From positions 96,001 to 160,000 of the forward strand of contig BTUM01000003.1 in NCBI GenBank assembly GCA_045863235.1: a stretch of DNA of 64,000 nucleotides, read 5' to 3'. The notes under the pieces were generated by a model. That model saw only the letters and a program-made list of their open reading frames with translations, did not search any database and was not told where the DNA came from. This DNA is from Candidatus Xenobia bacterium. Its GTDB lineage: Bacteria > Vulcanimicrobiota > Xenobia > Xenobiales > QWHO01. Every line of letters starts with the position of its first letter. The stretch's first letter is position 1. This document shows positions 1 through 9,155 of the stretch, piece after piece. The translations under genes and the position numbers were made by a program.

Positions 1-1
1 C

Positions 2-523
2 CGTCCGCGAGGAGACCAGTCGCATGGAGACCGGGTTGGTGCCCGAGAACTCCACTTGCTCGAGGTTGCGAGCCAGCACGCTGTAAGGCGCCGCACTGGT
101 TCGAAAAGACAGAACATCCAGGGTATCGGGTAGAATGGGGGCCGTGTCCAGAGGAACGGGCAAGGCTTGCTCCTTGCGCAACAGGCAGTTGACTCCGTTG
201 ATGGGAGCCAGGTAGTAGCAGATGTATTTGCGCCACATCAGGCGCCCCTGGGAGTCGACCTGCAGATTGCCGGTCAGGTCCCTGGGTGAGGCCATCACCA
301 GCCCTCCAGGCTCGGCGCGCAGACTGGCCGGGTTGCCCTCGGATAGATCTCGCGACAGCAGCGCCATGGCGGCCAGGTTGCTCTGTTGCAGCTCCAGGCT
401 GACCTCCAGGGCCCGGTGGTAGCGCACGCTCTGCACGAACAGCATGGCCAGACCGGTCAAGACCAGCGAGGCCAGGGCGCAGGCCACCAGAAGCTCAGGA
501 AGGGTCAATCCGCGGCGTCTCAT
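2..523 (-). CDS. Prepilin-type N-terminal cleavage/methylation protein (pseudopilin); 3' end runs off the window
   Basis: Own translation from ATG 523: MRRRGLTLPELLVACALASLVLTGLAMLF, a class III signal G|LTLPE. The start overlaps the upstream stop (TGATG). Confidence 0.85.
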   Translation of the reverse strand, partial: MRRRGLTLPELLVACALASLVLTGLAMLFVQSVRYHRALEVSLELQQSNLAAMALLSRDLSEGNPASLRAEPGGLVMASPRDLTGNLQVDSQGRLMWRKYICYYLAPINGVNCLLRKEQALPVPLDTAPILPDTLDVLSFRTSAAPYSVLARNLEQVEFSGTNPVSMRLVSSRT

Positions 524-903
524 CAGGGGCTCACCACCAGGGCCTCCACCTGCTCGGAGAGCGCTCGCTCACCCTCCCTCCAGCGCACTGTGACCAGCAC
601 CGAGCGAAGGTCGGGCGGCCGGTCGGCCACCACCACCTCATAGTCATAGCGCGTGCTCTGCACCACGTTGCGGATGGTGCTGTCCAGCACGATGCTGCCG
701 CTGGTCGAGCTCATGCCGGCGTACCCCTGCGACAGGGTCAGCTCGAGCTGCTGCTGGGCCAGGTGCACGGCTGCCATGCGATGGCGTCCGGTCACCGCGC
801 CTCGAGAAAGCTGAGGTAAGAGCGGAGCCAGGCTGACCAGGATCACTCCGGCCAGCACCGTTGCGACCATCATCTCCAGCAGGCTGAAGCCTCTCCCCCT
901 CAT
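523..903 (-). CDS. Prepilin-type pseudopilin (PilV/GspI-like)
   Basis: MRGRG|FSLLEMMVA prepilin motif followed by a hydrophobic helix. Confidence 0.85.
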   Translation of the reverse strand: MRGRGFSLLEMMVATVLAGVILVSLAPLLPQLSRGAVTGRHRMAAVHLAQQQLELTLSQGYAGMSSTSGSIVLDSTIRNVVQSTRYDYEVVVADRPPDLRSVLVTVRWREGERALSEQVEALVVSP

Positions 904-3173
904 GCTGGTGCCGGCAGGGCCAGCACGAAACGCGCCCCGCGCTGGCTCTCCTCCAATCGGAGCGTGCCTTCGTGGCGCTCCAGAATCTGACGGCTGACCG
1001 ACAATCCCAGACCCGTTCCCTGACCGATCGGCTTGGTGGTGAAGAACGGGTCGAAGATCTTCTCAGCCGCCTCCCTGGGCACCCCCGGACCGCTATCCTC
1101 CACCTCCAGCTCGAGCCAGGACGCTTGCTGGCGGGTGCGCACCCACACCCTACCCCCGGAGGGCAGGACATCGCGAGCGTTGAGCAACAAGTTGACCAGC
1201 ACCTGCTGGATCTCGTTGGGGCACATGCTGGTCCGGGGCAGCTCGGCCAGCTCGCACTCGACCTCCAGGCCGCTCAGACGCAGCTGATGGCCGTAGAGCT
1301 CCAGGGTATCCCGGACCACCTGGTTGAGATCGGCTTCGACCTTGCCTTCGCGTGCATCGCGAGCGTAGTAGAGGAGCTTGGCCACGATGTCGCGGGCGCG
1401 CAGGCCCGAGCGCACGGTCACATCGAGGTGCTTTCGAGCCCGCTCGGGAGAGCTCTCGACCAGCTCGGAGGCCGTCTCGGCTGCCAGCAGGATGCTGTTG
1501 AGGGGAGTGTTCAGCTCGTGGGCCACTCCGGCCGCCAGCTGGCCCACGGCCGCCAGCTTGGAGCTCTGCACCAGCTGCACCTCGGATTCTTGCAGTCGCC
1601 TCAGGGCATCGGACAGATCCTGGTAGTGACGCGCATTGTCCAGCGCCAGCCCGGCGTGACAGGCCAGCATGAAGAGCAGATCATGCTGATGACGAGGGAA
1701 AGCCTCCTTCTCGACCCGACCCAGGCAAAGCACTCCTACCGCCCCGCTCTCGGCCATCAGGGGAACCAGCAGCAGGCTCTCTTCGCCTTCCTGCAGAGGT
1801 TGCCAGCGTCCATCCAGAGCCAGGGGCCGACCGCTCTTGAGAGCCGGTCCGAGCTGAGGGCGCATCCGCTCGGCGAAGGCCAGCCCCAGCTCGGGAGGAC
1901 GAGCGCGCACCAGCTCTTCCCCTAGAAACAGCGCCAGACTGGGACAGGGAGCGCTCTCCAGGGCTTTGTCCACCAGCACGTCCAGGATGGCCCTCGAGTC
2001 CAGCGTGGAGGAGGCCGCCCGGGCTCCCTCCACCAGCCGCGACAGGCCCTCGGCCCAGGTCTCCAGGCGACGACAGGACTCCTGGTAGAGCTCCAGGGCC
2101 CGCTTCTGCTCGTCGCGTAAGAGCAGCGAGGAGGCTGCCACGGCGGCCTGGTTGGTGAGCAAGGTGATCAGGCGCAGCTCCTGGTTGGTCAGGGGGAAGT
2201 TGGGAGCCCGGCCCACGTAGACCACTCCCAGGTTCCCCAGCGGCAGGGCCACAGCCGAGCCTTCCGAGGGAAACAGGGCCCCGCCCGGACCCTGGCTGCG
2301 AGAGGCCATGGCTCTGGTCTTCCAGGCCTGCTCCACCAGCTCTTCACTCAGTCCGGTCAGCTCGGCGTTGGCCAGCTGCTCTCGGAAGGGCGAGCGAAAG
2401 GCGCGCGGCAACAACCGGCCTTCCTTCTCCATGAACACCACAGCGCTCTGGCAGTCCACCATGGAAGCCAGGCGAGCCACCAGGTTCTCGAGACAGAGAG
2501 GCAGGCTGGCGCTGGCACCCAGCTCCAGGGTGGCCTCCTCCAGCAGCACATAGTCGTGGCGGCTCTTCTCCAACTCGTGACGCAGCTCGTCCTCGAGCCG
2601 GCGTCGCGAAGGGGTGGTCTCACGCGGGGGCGCCTGAACTTGGGCGGGGGCACTGGCGCGCAGGGTCGGCACCAGGGCGGCCGCGGCCAGCAGGGCCAGC
2701 ACCGTGATCCAGCTTTGCCCCAGCGTGCCCCCCAGAGCCACCGCCAGGCCGCAGCTCACCAGGGCCCGCGGGAACGAGGGGGGGCGTTTCAGGTGCAGGG
2801 CCACGGGCAGGTAGAGGTCGACCAGCAACAAGACCTGGCCCCAGCGGGGCAGCCCCGGCCCGAGCAGTGCCAGCGGCAAGGTGGCTGCCAGCACGGGCAG
2901 GGCCTCCCCCGCCACCTCCTCCAGGCGGCCCCGGCGGAACACCATCCGGGTCGCCATCCCCAGAGTGAGCAGCAGCACCGTCCAGGCCGGACCCAGACCG
3001 GGAGCCAGAGCGACCCCAAGATAGAGGGCCGAGGCTCCCCCGACCAGCTCGAGCAGCACCGTAGCCAGCAGGAGCAGGGCCGCTTCCGGCGGAACAGGCA
3101 CAGCCCGGCCCAGGGTCAGCGCCAGGCCTCCGGCATAAAGAAGGCCAGCCAGCACCCAGGCTGTTCCGGGCAA
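900..3173 (-). CDS. Membrane sensor histidine kinase with two GAF domains (start uncertain; TTG 3173 chosen)
   Basis: H-box AAGVAHELNTPL, N-box QQVLVNLLLNARD, DSGPG, FDPFFTTK and GTGLGLS motifs; N-terminal TM helices. The longer ORF start would overlap the divergent gene. Confidence 0.85.
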   Translation of the reverse strand: MPGTAWVLAGLLYAGGLALTLGRAVPVPPEAALLLLATVLLELVGGASALYLGVALAPGLGPAWTVLLLTLGMATRMVFRRGRLEEVAGEALPVLAATLPLALLGPGLPRWGQVLLLVDLYLPVALHLKRPPSFPRALVSCGLAVALGGTLGQSWITVLALLAAAALVPTLRASAPAQVQAPPRETTPSRRRLEDELRHELEKSRHDYVLLEEATLELGASASLPLCLENLVARLASMVDCQSAVVFMEKEGRLLPRAFRSPFREQLANAELTGLSEELVEQAWKTRAMASRSQGPGGALFPSEGSAVALPLGNLGVVYVGRAPNFPLTNQELRLITLLTNQAAVAASSLLLRDEQKRALELYQESCRRLETWAEGLSRLVEGARAASSTLDSRAILDVLVDKALESAPCPSLALFLGEELVRARPPELGLAFAERMRPQLGPALKSGRPLALDGRWQPLQEGEESLLLVPLMAESGAVGVLCLGRVEKEAFPRHQHDLLFMLACHAGLALDNARHYQDLSDALRRLQESEVQLVQSSKLAAVGQLAAGVAHELNTPLNSILLAAETASELVESSPERARKHLDVTVRSGLRARDIVAKLLYYARDAREGKVEADLNQVVRDTLELYGHQLRLSGLEVECELAELPRTSMCPNEIQQVLVNLLLNARDVLPSGGRVWVRTRQQASWLELEVEDSGPGVPREAAEKIFDPFFTTKPIGQGTGLGLSVSRQILERHEGTLRLEESQRGARFVLALPAPA

Positions 3174-3188
3174 TCGCGTGGGGGGCGA

Positions 3189-4253
3189 ATGAGTGTTCAG
3201 TCTGTTCTGGGAATTGGCGCGCCGATGCCTTTGAACCTGCCTCAAATGAGCCAGCTGACCCGCCAGCTGGCCACCCTGTTCAATGCCGGAGTTCCCCTCA
3301 CGCGCAGCCTGGAAGTGTGCCGCACCGGGGAGAAGGCCGTCCAAACGGCGGTGGATCACATGGTGGCCAACCTGCGGCAAGGGCACAGTCTGTCAGAATC
3401 CATGCGACGCCAGTCCTTCCCCGAGCCGTACGTGCAGGCCGTGGCCGTAGGCGAGCGCACAGGAGGACTGGCCCTGGTGCTCGACCGGCTGGCCCTCGAT
3501 CTGGAGCGCCAGCACAACGAGCGCCGCAAACTCGTGGCCGCCCTGACCTACCCGGCCATGATGCTGGCAGTCGGGGGAGTCTTGTGCCTTCTCTTCACCT
3601 TCGTGCTACTGCCGGTGATGGAGCAGCTGTTCGTCTCCATGCGGCTGCAGCTGCCCCTGTTGACCCGCATCGTTCTGGCAGTCGGGACTGTGGCCCGCCA
3701 CCCGGCCGTGCTGGTCCCCGTTCTGCTCCTGCCCCTCAGCCTCTGGCTCAGCCGCGCTTCCATTCGCGCCTGGCTGGACGAGTCGTCACTGGGACTGCAG
3801 CTTGATAGCTTGTGGTTGCGCGTTCCCGTCGTGGAACGCCGGATTGCCAGCCGGCTGCTCTACCTGCTGGCTCTCCTGATCGATTCGGGCTGCCGCCTTT
3901 CCGAGGCGCTGGACATGCTCTCGCGCCTGAGCGGCAACCGCATGCTGGCCAGGCAGTTCCTGCAGATTCGCCAGCAGGTGTTCGAGGGCTCCAGCCTCAC
4001 CGAGGCCCTGCGCTCCTGCCAGGTCTTGCGTCAGGATACCCTGCAGCTGATCGGGGCGGGGGAAGAGTCGGCCCGCCTGGGAGCCCTGGCCCGGATGGCG
4101 GCCCGCCTGAACGAGCTGGAGGCCGATCACCTGACTGAAGTGATGACCGCCATGCTCGAGCCACTCTTGATGGTGGCCATGGGCGTGATCTCGGGGATCT
4201 TGTTCGTGGCTGTGCTGTTGCCCACCAGTATGCTGATCTCTGGGCTCACCTGA
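3189..4253 (+). CDS. Type II secretion system F family / PilC inner-membrane platform protein
   Basis: TRQLATLFNAGVPL, GERTGGL, ALTYP, GEESARL and MLEPLL duplicated T2SSF motifs; start at 3189 or 3225. Confidence 0.9.
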   Translation: MSVQSVLGIGAPMPLNLPQMSQLTRQLATLFNAGVPLTRSLEVCRTGEKAVQTAVDHMVANLRQGHSLSESMRRQSFPEPYVQAVAVGERTGGLALVLDRLALDLERQHNERRKLVAALTYPAMMLAVGGVLCLLFTFVLLPVMEQLFVSMRLQLPLLTRIVLAVGTVARHPAVLVPVLLLPLSLWLSRASIRAWLDESSLGLQLDSLWLRVPVVERRIASRLLYLLALLIDSGCRLSEALDMLSRLSGNRMLARQFLQIRQQVFEGSSLTEALRSCQVLRQDTLQLIGAGEESARLGALARMAARLNELEADHLTEVMTAMLEPLLMVAMGVISGILFVAVLLPTSMLISGLT

Positions 4254-4377
4254 GGCGCCGCTCACTCACGTTCCTGCAGGAATCGAGGCCCCTTTGGGCG
4301 AAGGCACCAGGGCACGATACGCCTTCAACACTCGAGTTCGAGACGCGTCTCCCCTGCTGCGAGAGAGGAACCTGGAC

Positions 4378-4827
4378 GTGAAACGAACTTCGTGGTGGAC
4401 GAACAATTCCTCCAGCTTGTGGACCCGAATCCGGTCTGCGCTGCACCGAGACTGGCTCCAGACCCAACTGCACTTCGGAGCTTCCCACTGTTTCGACCTC
4501 AAGCAGAACTTCAAGCACACCCTGCTCCAGGCGCTGGGGAGGCAGTCGATCCCTGTAGGCGCCAATCTGACGGGGGACGAGAAGGCCAATCGCTTCGGAG
4601 TGGCCGCTCGTCACCATTATGCCGACGTCTTTCCAGACTGGGGCCCGGAGCTCGAGCGCGAGTTGCGGCGCGAGTGGGGCAAGGACTTCGACGAGCATCA
4701 GGAGGCGATCAAGCGAGGCTGGGAGTCGCAGATCCCCCAGCGCCGGTCCCAGCCGGATAAGGTGTCATCAGGGCGCAAGATCATCAACCACGGTGTGCGC
4801 TTCGACCCCGCGGACCCCAACGCATGA
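4378..4827 (+). CDS. Hypothetical protein
   Basis: GTG preceded by GAGAGGA SD-like sequence, within ORF 4294..4827; stop overlaps next start (ATGA). Confidence 0.6.
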   Translation: MKRTSWWTNNSSSLWTRIRSALHRDWLQTQLHFGASHCFDLKQNFKHTLLQALGRQSIPVGANLTGDEKANRFGVAARHHYADVFPDWGPELERELRREWGKDFDEHQEAIKRGWESQIPQRRSQPDKVSSGRKIINHGVRFDPADPNA

Positions 4828-5207
4828 CCGGGCGCAATCGCGGAAATGCCGACCTGGTGAGCATCCTGCTGGGACTGCTGTTTTTCGTGGTCACGCTGGT
4901 GTGTGGCCTGATCTTGATGCGATTTCTGTTGCTCCTGGTGGGAGCCGAGCGGGGCCCGGGGAGCTTCGGCCTGATGATCGTCAGCCGCAGTGAGGCCCTC
5001 GTGAGCCCCTTTCTGAGCCTGGTTGGAGCTACCAGCCCCAAATTTGGCGTTGTCTTCGAGTATGCTTCCCTGCTGGCGGTGACAGTCTACGGGATGGGCG
5101 CCCTGATCGTGGTCGCCCTGGCCCGCGCGCTGTTCGCTCCCCGCAAAGCGGTCGGCTACACCTACAACGTGGGCAAAGAGCCCCGTCCCCGCCGCACCAA
5201 CCCCTGA
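4824..5207 (+). CDS. YggT-like small membrane protein
   Basis: Two TM helices flanking SEALVSPF (YggT-like TxPLxxPF). Confidence 0.6.
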   Translation: MTGRNRGNADLVSILLGLLFFVVTLVCGLILMRFLLLLVGAERGPGSFGLMIVSRSEALVSPFLSLVGATSPKFGVVFEYASLLAVTVYGMGALIVVALARALFAPRKAVGYTYNVGKEPRPRRTNP

Positions 5208-5213
5208 GGCAAG

Positions 5214-6170
5214 TTAAAGCGGGATCGTCTGCCACTCGCGAGGGGTGACGGTGTAGAGGAAGTTGGAGATGGCCCGATGGACGTCCCAGCGGTCATAGGT
5301 TTCGAGCAGGTAGTCGAGGTAGAGGCAGCGCCGCGCCACCCCATCCAACTCGAACCCCCAGTACATCGACATCAAGGGATTGATGAACTGGGGCGTGCCG
5401 TGAGTGCGGGCGGTGGCGTGATGATCGCCAAACTGGCCTTCCCCGGCAGCCACGATGGAGGTGGTCACGATGCTCTCGTGGCCGGGCATGCGCTCGCACA
5501 CGAAGCGCACCGCCTCAGCGAAGGCCTGGAACTCGGGCATGCCGGGTAGAAGCGAGAAAGCGCCCAGGAAGTCCCCCGTGGGGGTGAGATCGGCCACCGC
5601 CTCCAGCACGTGGGCGTGACACACGCCGTGGTGGGTGTCTACCCCGAACCCGAGGTTGAGCAGCAAGCGTACCGGCAGATCGAGCTTGTGCACGGCCGCG
5701 ATGCTGGACATGTCCTCGGCCGGCGAGCCCAGTCCGGGCTCATCGCCGCGCATCAGGCTATCGGTGCCCCCGTCCACCAGGACGACCGCGTCCAGATCCA
5801 GCTCTTTGACCAGGTCCTGGTAGATCTGGAGCAAGATGGCCGCGCCTGCGGTGCGGAAGGAGTAAATGGGCACATCCTCGCCCTGACTCTGGAACCACTC
5901 GGAGAGATAGCGCTCGGGGAAGTAGTGATCCTCTCCCCCGCAGCCCGGCCTCACCTCGAGGATGCGTTTGGCGCTGCCGGTCCAGCGCCCACTGGCCCTG
6001 GCCAGCTCAGAGAAGGAGAGGCTGGCCAGAAAGACCTCCTTGCCCTGGCTCTTGAGGTGATGATAGAGCGGCACCCCGGTCAGGATGTCAAACCCACCGC
6101 CGGCTCCGGCTAGCAGGACTCGCTTACAGGGGGCGAGTTTCTCGAGGAAGGGCAGGCTGCCGAGAGTCAT
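5214..6170 (-). CDS. DUF1152 domain protein
   Basis: LAGAGGGFD, LVDGGTDSLMRGDE.GLGSPAED and GFGVD.HHGVCH motifs. Confidence 0.85.
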   Translation of the reverse strand: MTLGSLPFLEKLAPCKRVLLAGAGGGFDILTGVPLYHHLKSQGKEVFLASLSFSELARASGRWTGSAKRILEVRPGCGGEDHYFPERYLSEWFQSQGEDVPIYSFRTAGAAILLQIYQDLVKELDLDAVVLVDGGTDSLMRGDEPGLGSPAEDMSSIAAVHKLDLPVRLLLNLGFGVDTHHGVCHAHVLEAVADLTPTGDFLGAFSLLPGMPEFQAFAEAVRFVCERMPGHESIVTTSIVAAGEGQFGDHHATARTHGTPQFINPLMSMYWGFELDGVARRCLYLDYLLETYDRWDVHRAISNFLYTVTPREWQTIPL

Positions 6171-6280
6171 GGCGAGCAGATCTCCTTCGCGATTGTGTGT
6201 TAACTATACACTAACTTGAGAGACAGGTCAAGTCCTGAGTTATCCTCCGGCTTTCGGTTCGATCAGACGCTGCAGCTTGA

Positions 6281-6309
6281 TCCTCACTTGTTCTTCATCC
6301 AATCCTCAT
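6281..6309 (+). promoter_or_regulatory. Three direct heptamer repeats with 11-bp period (putative OmpR/PhoB-type operator)
   Basis: TCCTCAC (6281), TCTTCAT (6292), TCCTCAT (6303) between divergent genes; GATAAT -10-like hexamer downstream near 6343. Confidence 0.5.
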
Positions 6310-6417
6310 CCACAAGGCTTACCGGCCCGGCCCGGTGGTGGGATAATCACAGCAGAGCAGGAGCCCGAGCGGTGGGGGCTGGCCCGGCCTCATGACACGG
6401 ATTCGCGAGGAGAGCGC

Positions 6418-7080
6418 ATGAGTGACCTGAACCTGGTTCGAGACGGTCTGGGGGCAGCCAATGCAGGAAAGTACGCCTACCAGGCCAGCCGAGCCGCGCA
6501 GGGATTGAGCACCACCACTCCCCTGACCGCTGGCCTGGATCTGGCGGCGGGCACATCCGGTCTGGGCGGAGCCACAGCGGCCACCGAAGCAGCTGGTGGC
6601 CTGTCCACGACCGCCAAGGGCGTCACCGGCGCCGCTCGCCTGAGCAACGCTGCCCGCATCGCCAGCTTTGCCTCTGCTGCTGCCCCGGTGGTGGCCAAAG
6701 CCTCGGCCGGCGTGGGCCTGGCCCTGGGCGGGATCGAGGTCGGGCGGGGGATCAACGACCTGACCAACGGAAAAGGCGCCGAGGGGCGAGACAAGATCAT
6801 CTCCGGCGGCGCCGACATGGTCACCGCCGGAGCGCTGGGAGTGGCCGCCGTTTCGAGCGGCACCGTGGTCGGTCTGCCCGTTGCGGCGGTCGCCCTGGGC
6901 GTGGCCGGGGTGGCCCAGGCCGGCAAGTACGCCTGGAAGTATCGCGAGAACATCGCCGACGGCGCACGCTGGACGGCCGACAAGGTGGGTGACGCCGGCG
7001 GCTGGGTCGCCGACCGCGCCAAGGACCTGGGCGGGGCCATCTCGGGCGGCGCCAGCGCCCTGAAGAACGCAATCTTCTAG
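6418..7080 (+). CDS. Ala/Gly-rich hypothetical membrane-associated protein
   Basis: GAGGAG SD before ATG 6418; hydrophobic Gly/Ala helices; C-terminal 11-mer amphipathic repeats. Confidence 0.75.
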   Translation: MSDLNLVRDGLGAANAGKYAYQASRAAQGLSTTTPLTAGLDLAAGTSGLGGATAATEAAGGLSTTAKGVTGAARLSNAARIASFASAAAPVVAKASAGVGLALGGIEVGRGINDLTNGKGAEGRDKIISGGADMVTAGALGVAAVSSGTVVGLPVAAVALGVAGVAQAGKYAWKYRENIADGARWTADKVGDAGGWVADRAKDLGGAISGGASALKNAIF

Positions 7081-7082
7081 CC

Positions 7083-7841
7083 GTGTCCTGGACCTGCCCC
7101 CACTGCTCGGCGGTCAATTCCGCGGGCGACCGTCACTGCATCGAATGCAACGCCCGCCTGCCCTTCGAGGTTCCCTCCGAGCTTCAAGAGCCCCAGGCGG
7201 AGGAGCCCTTTCTGGTGCCCCGTCGCGGCGAGCTGACCGCCGCCCTGCGCCAGGGACTTGCCGACTTCCGCGCCGGCCAGCTGCCCACTCCCGAGCTCAT
7301 CGGTCGACTGCGCCGCGCCCTCACCAACGTGCCCGCAGTCTTCGCCGCCATGGCCGGCAAGCTGGGCGAGTTGCAGGGAGAGGCGTACGCCCAGGAGGTG
7401 CTTGTTTCCCTGGGAGACAGCCAGGCTCTGTTCGAAGCCGGTCTGGCCGAGATGCTGCAGGGAGTAGAGAGCAACGACGACGGCCCTCTGCGCTTTGGCT
7501 GGCTGCTGGTGGAGAAGGGCGAGGACGAGTACATCCGCATCCTCGAGACACTGCGGCGGGACGCCGGCGGCGGTCCCTTCACCGGACAGCCGGACGCGCT
7601 GGCCCGGCTTCTGGATGCCCGCGAGCGAGGCGAGCTGGACGCAGAGGGCCTGCGCCTGGCGCTGGATCAGCTCGAGCAGCACCTGGCTCAGGTGGTCGAG
7701 GAGTCCCTGGGCGAGATCCGCCAGGGCCTGCAGCAGGCTCGCTCCTTTGACGGAGCCGACCTTCGTTCCGTGGAGCAGGCTCGCCAAAGCCTGCGCCAGG
7801 CCGCCCAGGGGTTGGCCCAGGCCTTATTGAGCGTGGGTTGA
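7083..7841 (+). CDS. Zinc-ribbon (WxCxxC...CxxC) helical hypothetical protein
   Basis: MSWTCPHCSAVNSAGDRHCIEC; starts 2 nt after the upstream stop. Confidence 0.75.
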   Translation: MSWTCPHCSAVNSAGDRHCIECNARLPFEVPSELQEPQAEEPFLVPRRGELTAALRQGLADFRAGQLPTPELIGRLRRALTNVPAVFAAMAGKLGELQGEAYAQEVLVSLGDSQALFEAGLAEMLQGVESNDDGPLRFGWLLVEKGEDEYIRILETLRRDAGGGPFTGQPDALARLLDARERGELDAEGLRLALDQLEQHLAQVVEESLGEIRQGLQQARSFDGADLRSVEQARQSLRQAAQGLAQALLSVG

Positions 7842-7842
7842 T

Positions 7843-8199
7843 CATTCGTCCCCCGCGGGGACGTCCGTTCGGTCTGACCAGGATGGGCCTCTCTGCAAGC
7901 TCGGACTTCAGTTCGGTCCGACCAGAGGACAGCGGGACGAACACGAGTTCGTCCCCCGCGGGGACAAACGTCAGTTCGGTCTGGCAAGGATGGGCCTCTT
8001 TGCAAGCTCGGGCGCCGGTTCGGTCCGACCAGAGGACAGCGGGACGAACACGCATTCGTCCCCCGCGGGGACAAACGTCCGTTCGGTCTGACCAGGATGG
8101 GCATCTCTGCAAGCTCGGGCGCCAGTTCGGTCCGACCAGAGGACAGCGGGACGAACACGCATTCGTCCCCCGCGGGGACAAACGTCAGTTCGGTCTGAC
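7843..8199. repeat. Tandem array of about 107-bp palindromic units (3 full plus 1 partial), REP/BIME-like
   Basis: TTCGTCCCCCGCGGGGAC at 7845, 7948, 8055 and 8162 with near-identical intervening sequence; lies between convergent genes. Confidence 0.95.
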
Positions 8200-8256
8200 G
8201 ATGGCCCCTCCGGTCCACCCAACCTTGGGCCAGAGCGGAGCGAGACGGCGCGAGGC

Positions 8257-8622
8257 TCAGCCCCTGGGCAACAGCGCTCCGGCGCGTCGCTCGAGCGAAG
8301 CACCCCGGGCCTTGAATAGCTCGAGCTGGAGGCGCTCGATCTGCTGCAGCAACCGGGTCTGCTCGCCCTGGCGCAGTGCCTCCTGCTCGGAGGCGACCCG
8401 CAGCGAGCGGCGTAGCTCCTCCTCGCGAGCGGCAGCGGCCTGCAGGTCGCTGGTGGCCCGGGCCAGGCTCTGGCGCAGGGCGCAGTTGTCCTGCTCGGCC
8501 GACAGGCGCAGGAACTCGCTCTCACGCAAGCTCTTCCCCAGGTCGTCGCACTCGGCCCGAGCTTTGAGGTAGGCAGCTTTCAGGCGCGCAAAACGACTGC
8601 GGATCTCTTCGCGAACGGACAT
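8257..8622 (-). CDS. Coiled-coil hypothetical protein
   Basis: MSVREEIRSRFARLKAAYLKARAE...; heptad-like E/R/L/Q-rich sequence; 13 nt downstream of the 8636..8980 gene. Confidence 0.6.
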   Translation of the reverse strand: MSVREEIRSRFARLKAAYLKARAECDDLGKSLRESEFLRLSAEQDNCALRQSLARATSDLQAAAAREEELRRSLRVASEQEALRQGEQTRLLQQIERLQLELFKARGASLERRAGALLPRG

Positions 8623-8635
8623 GACGAACCGAGAG

Positions 8636-8980
8636 CTAGCTCTCGCGCAGGATGAGCCGCACCATGCCCACCCCGGTGCCCAGGATGGCGCCCCCGATTC
8701 CACCGTAAATCCCGGCCGGCAGGCTGGCCAGCAGGCCGGCTCCCACCGCGCCGCCCAGCGAAAGGCCGGCAGCTCCGGCCACCAGGCCGGCGCCGATGCC
8801 TACCGCCGCGCCCAGCCCGATGCCGCCGATGGCAGCGCCGCACGCGGTGTGCTTGAAGATGAAGCGCAGATCGTCCTGACCGCTCTCAAAGGAATCGCCC
8901 GAGGACTGCGAACGCGGGGCCGGCGATTGGGCCGATGCGGGCCGGAAGTTACTCTGGTAGGACAGGCTCTGAATCTGCAT
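8636..8980 (-). CDS. Small glycine-zipper membrane protein
   Basis: AAGGAG SD; Ser/Pro-rich N-terminus followed by a long GxxxG array. Confidence 0.75.
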   Translation of the reverse strand: MQIQSLSYQSNFRPASAQSPAPRSQSSGDSFESGQDDLRFIFKHTACGAAIGGIGLGAAVGIGAGLVAGAAGLSLGGAVGAGLLASLPAGIYGGIGGAILGTGVGMVRLILRES

Positions 8981-9155
8981 GGTAGGTCTCCTTGTCGACG
9001 GCGCAACGCGCTCTCTCTGGGCGGCAGTCTACGCGACCTCCCAGCGATCGTTGTTTCCAACCAAGAACTGACTGTTTCCGAGATGTTGCCAGAGCGATCG
9101 TGGACTTGCTCGGGTGAGACAGGACTCGCCCGTCGACCGCCAGAACGCCCCCTCG

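Noticed and set aside
7843..8199. CRISPR array (repeat resembles type I-E CCCCGC...GCGGGGA.AAAC)
   Set aside because: The would-be spacers are about 80 bp and nearly identical to each other, and there are no cas genes in the window.
7579..8572. ORFs spanning the tandem repeat
   Set aside because: They are translations of the DNA repeat in several frames, overlap real genes and lack start signals.
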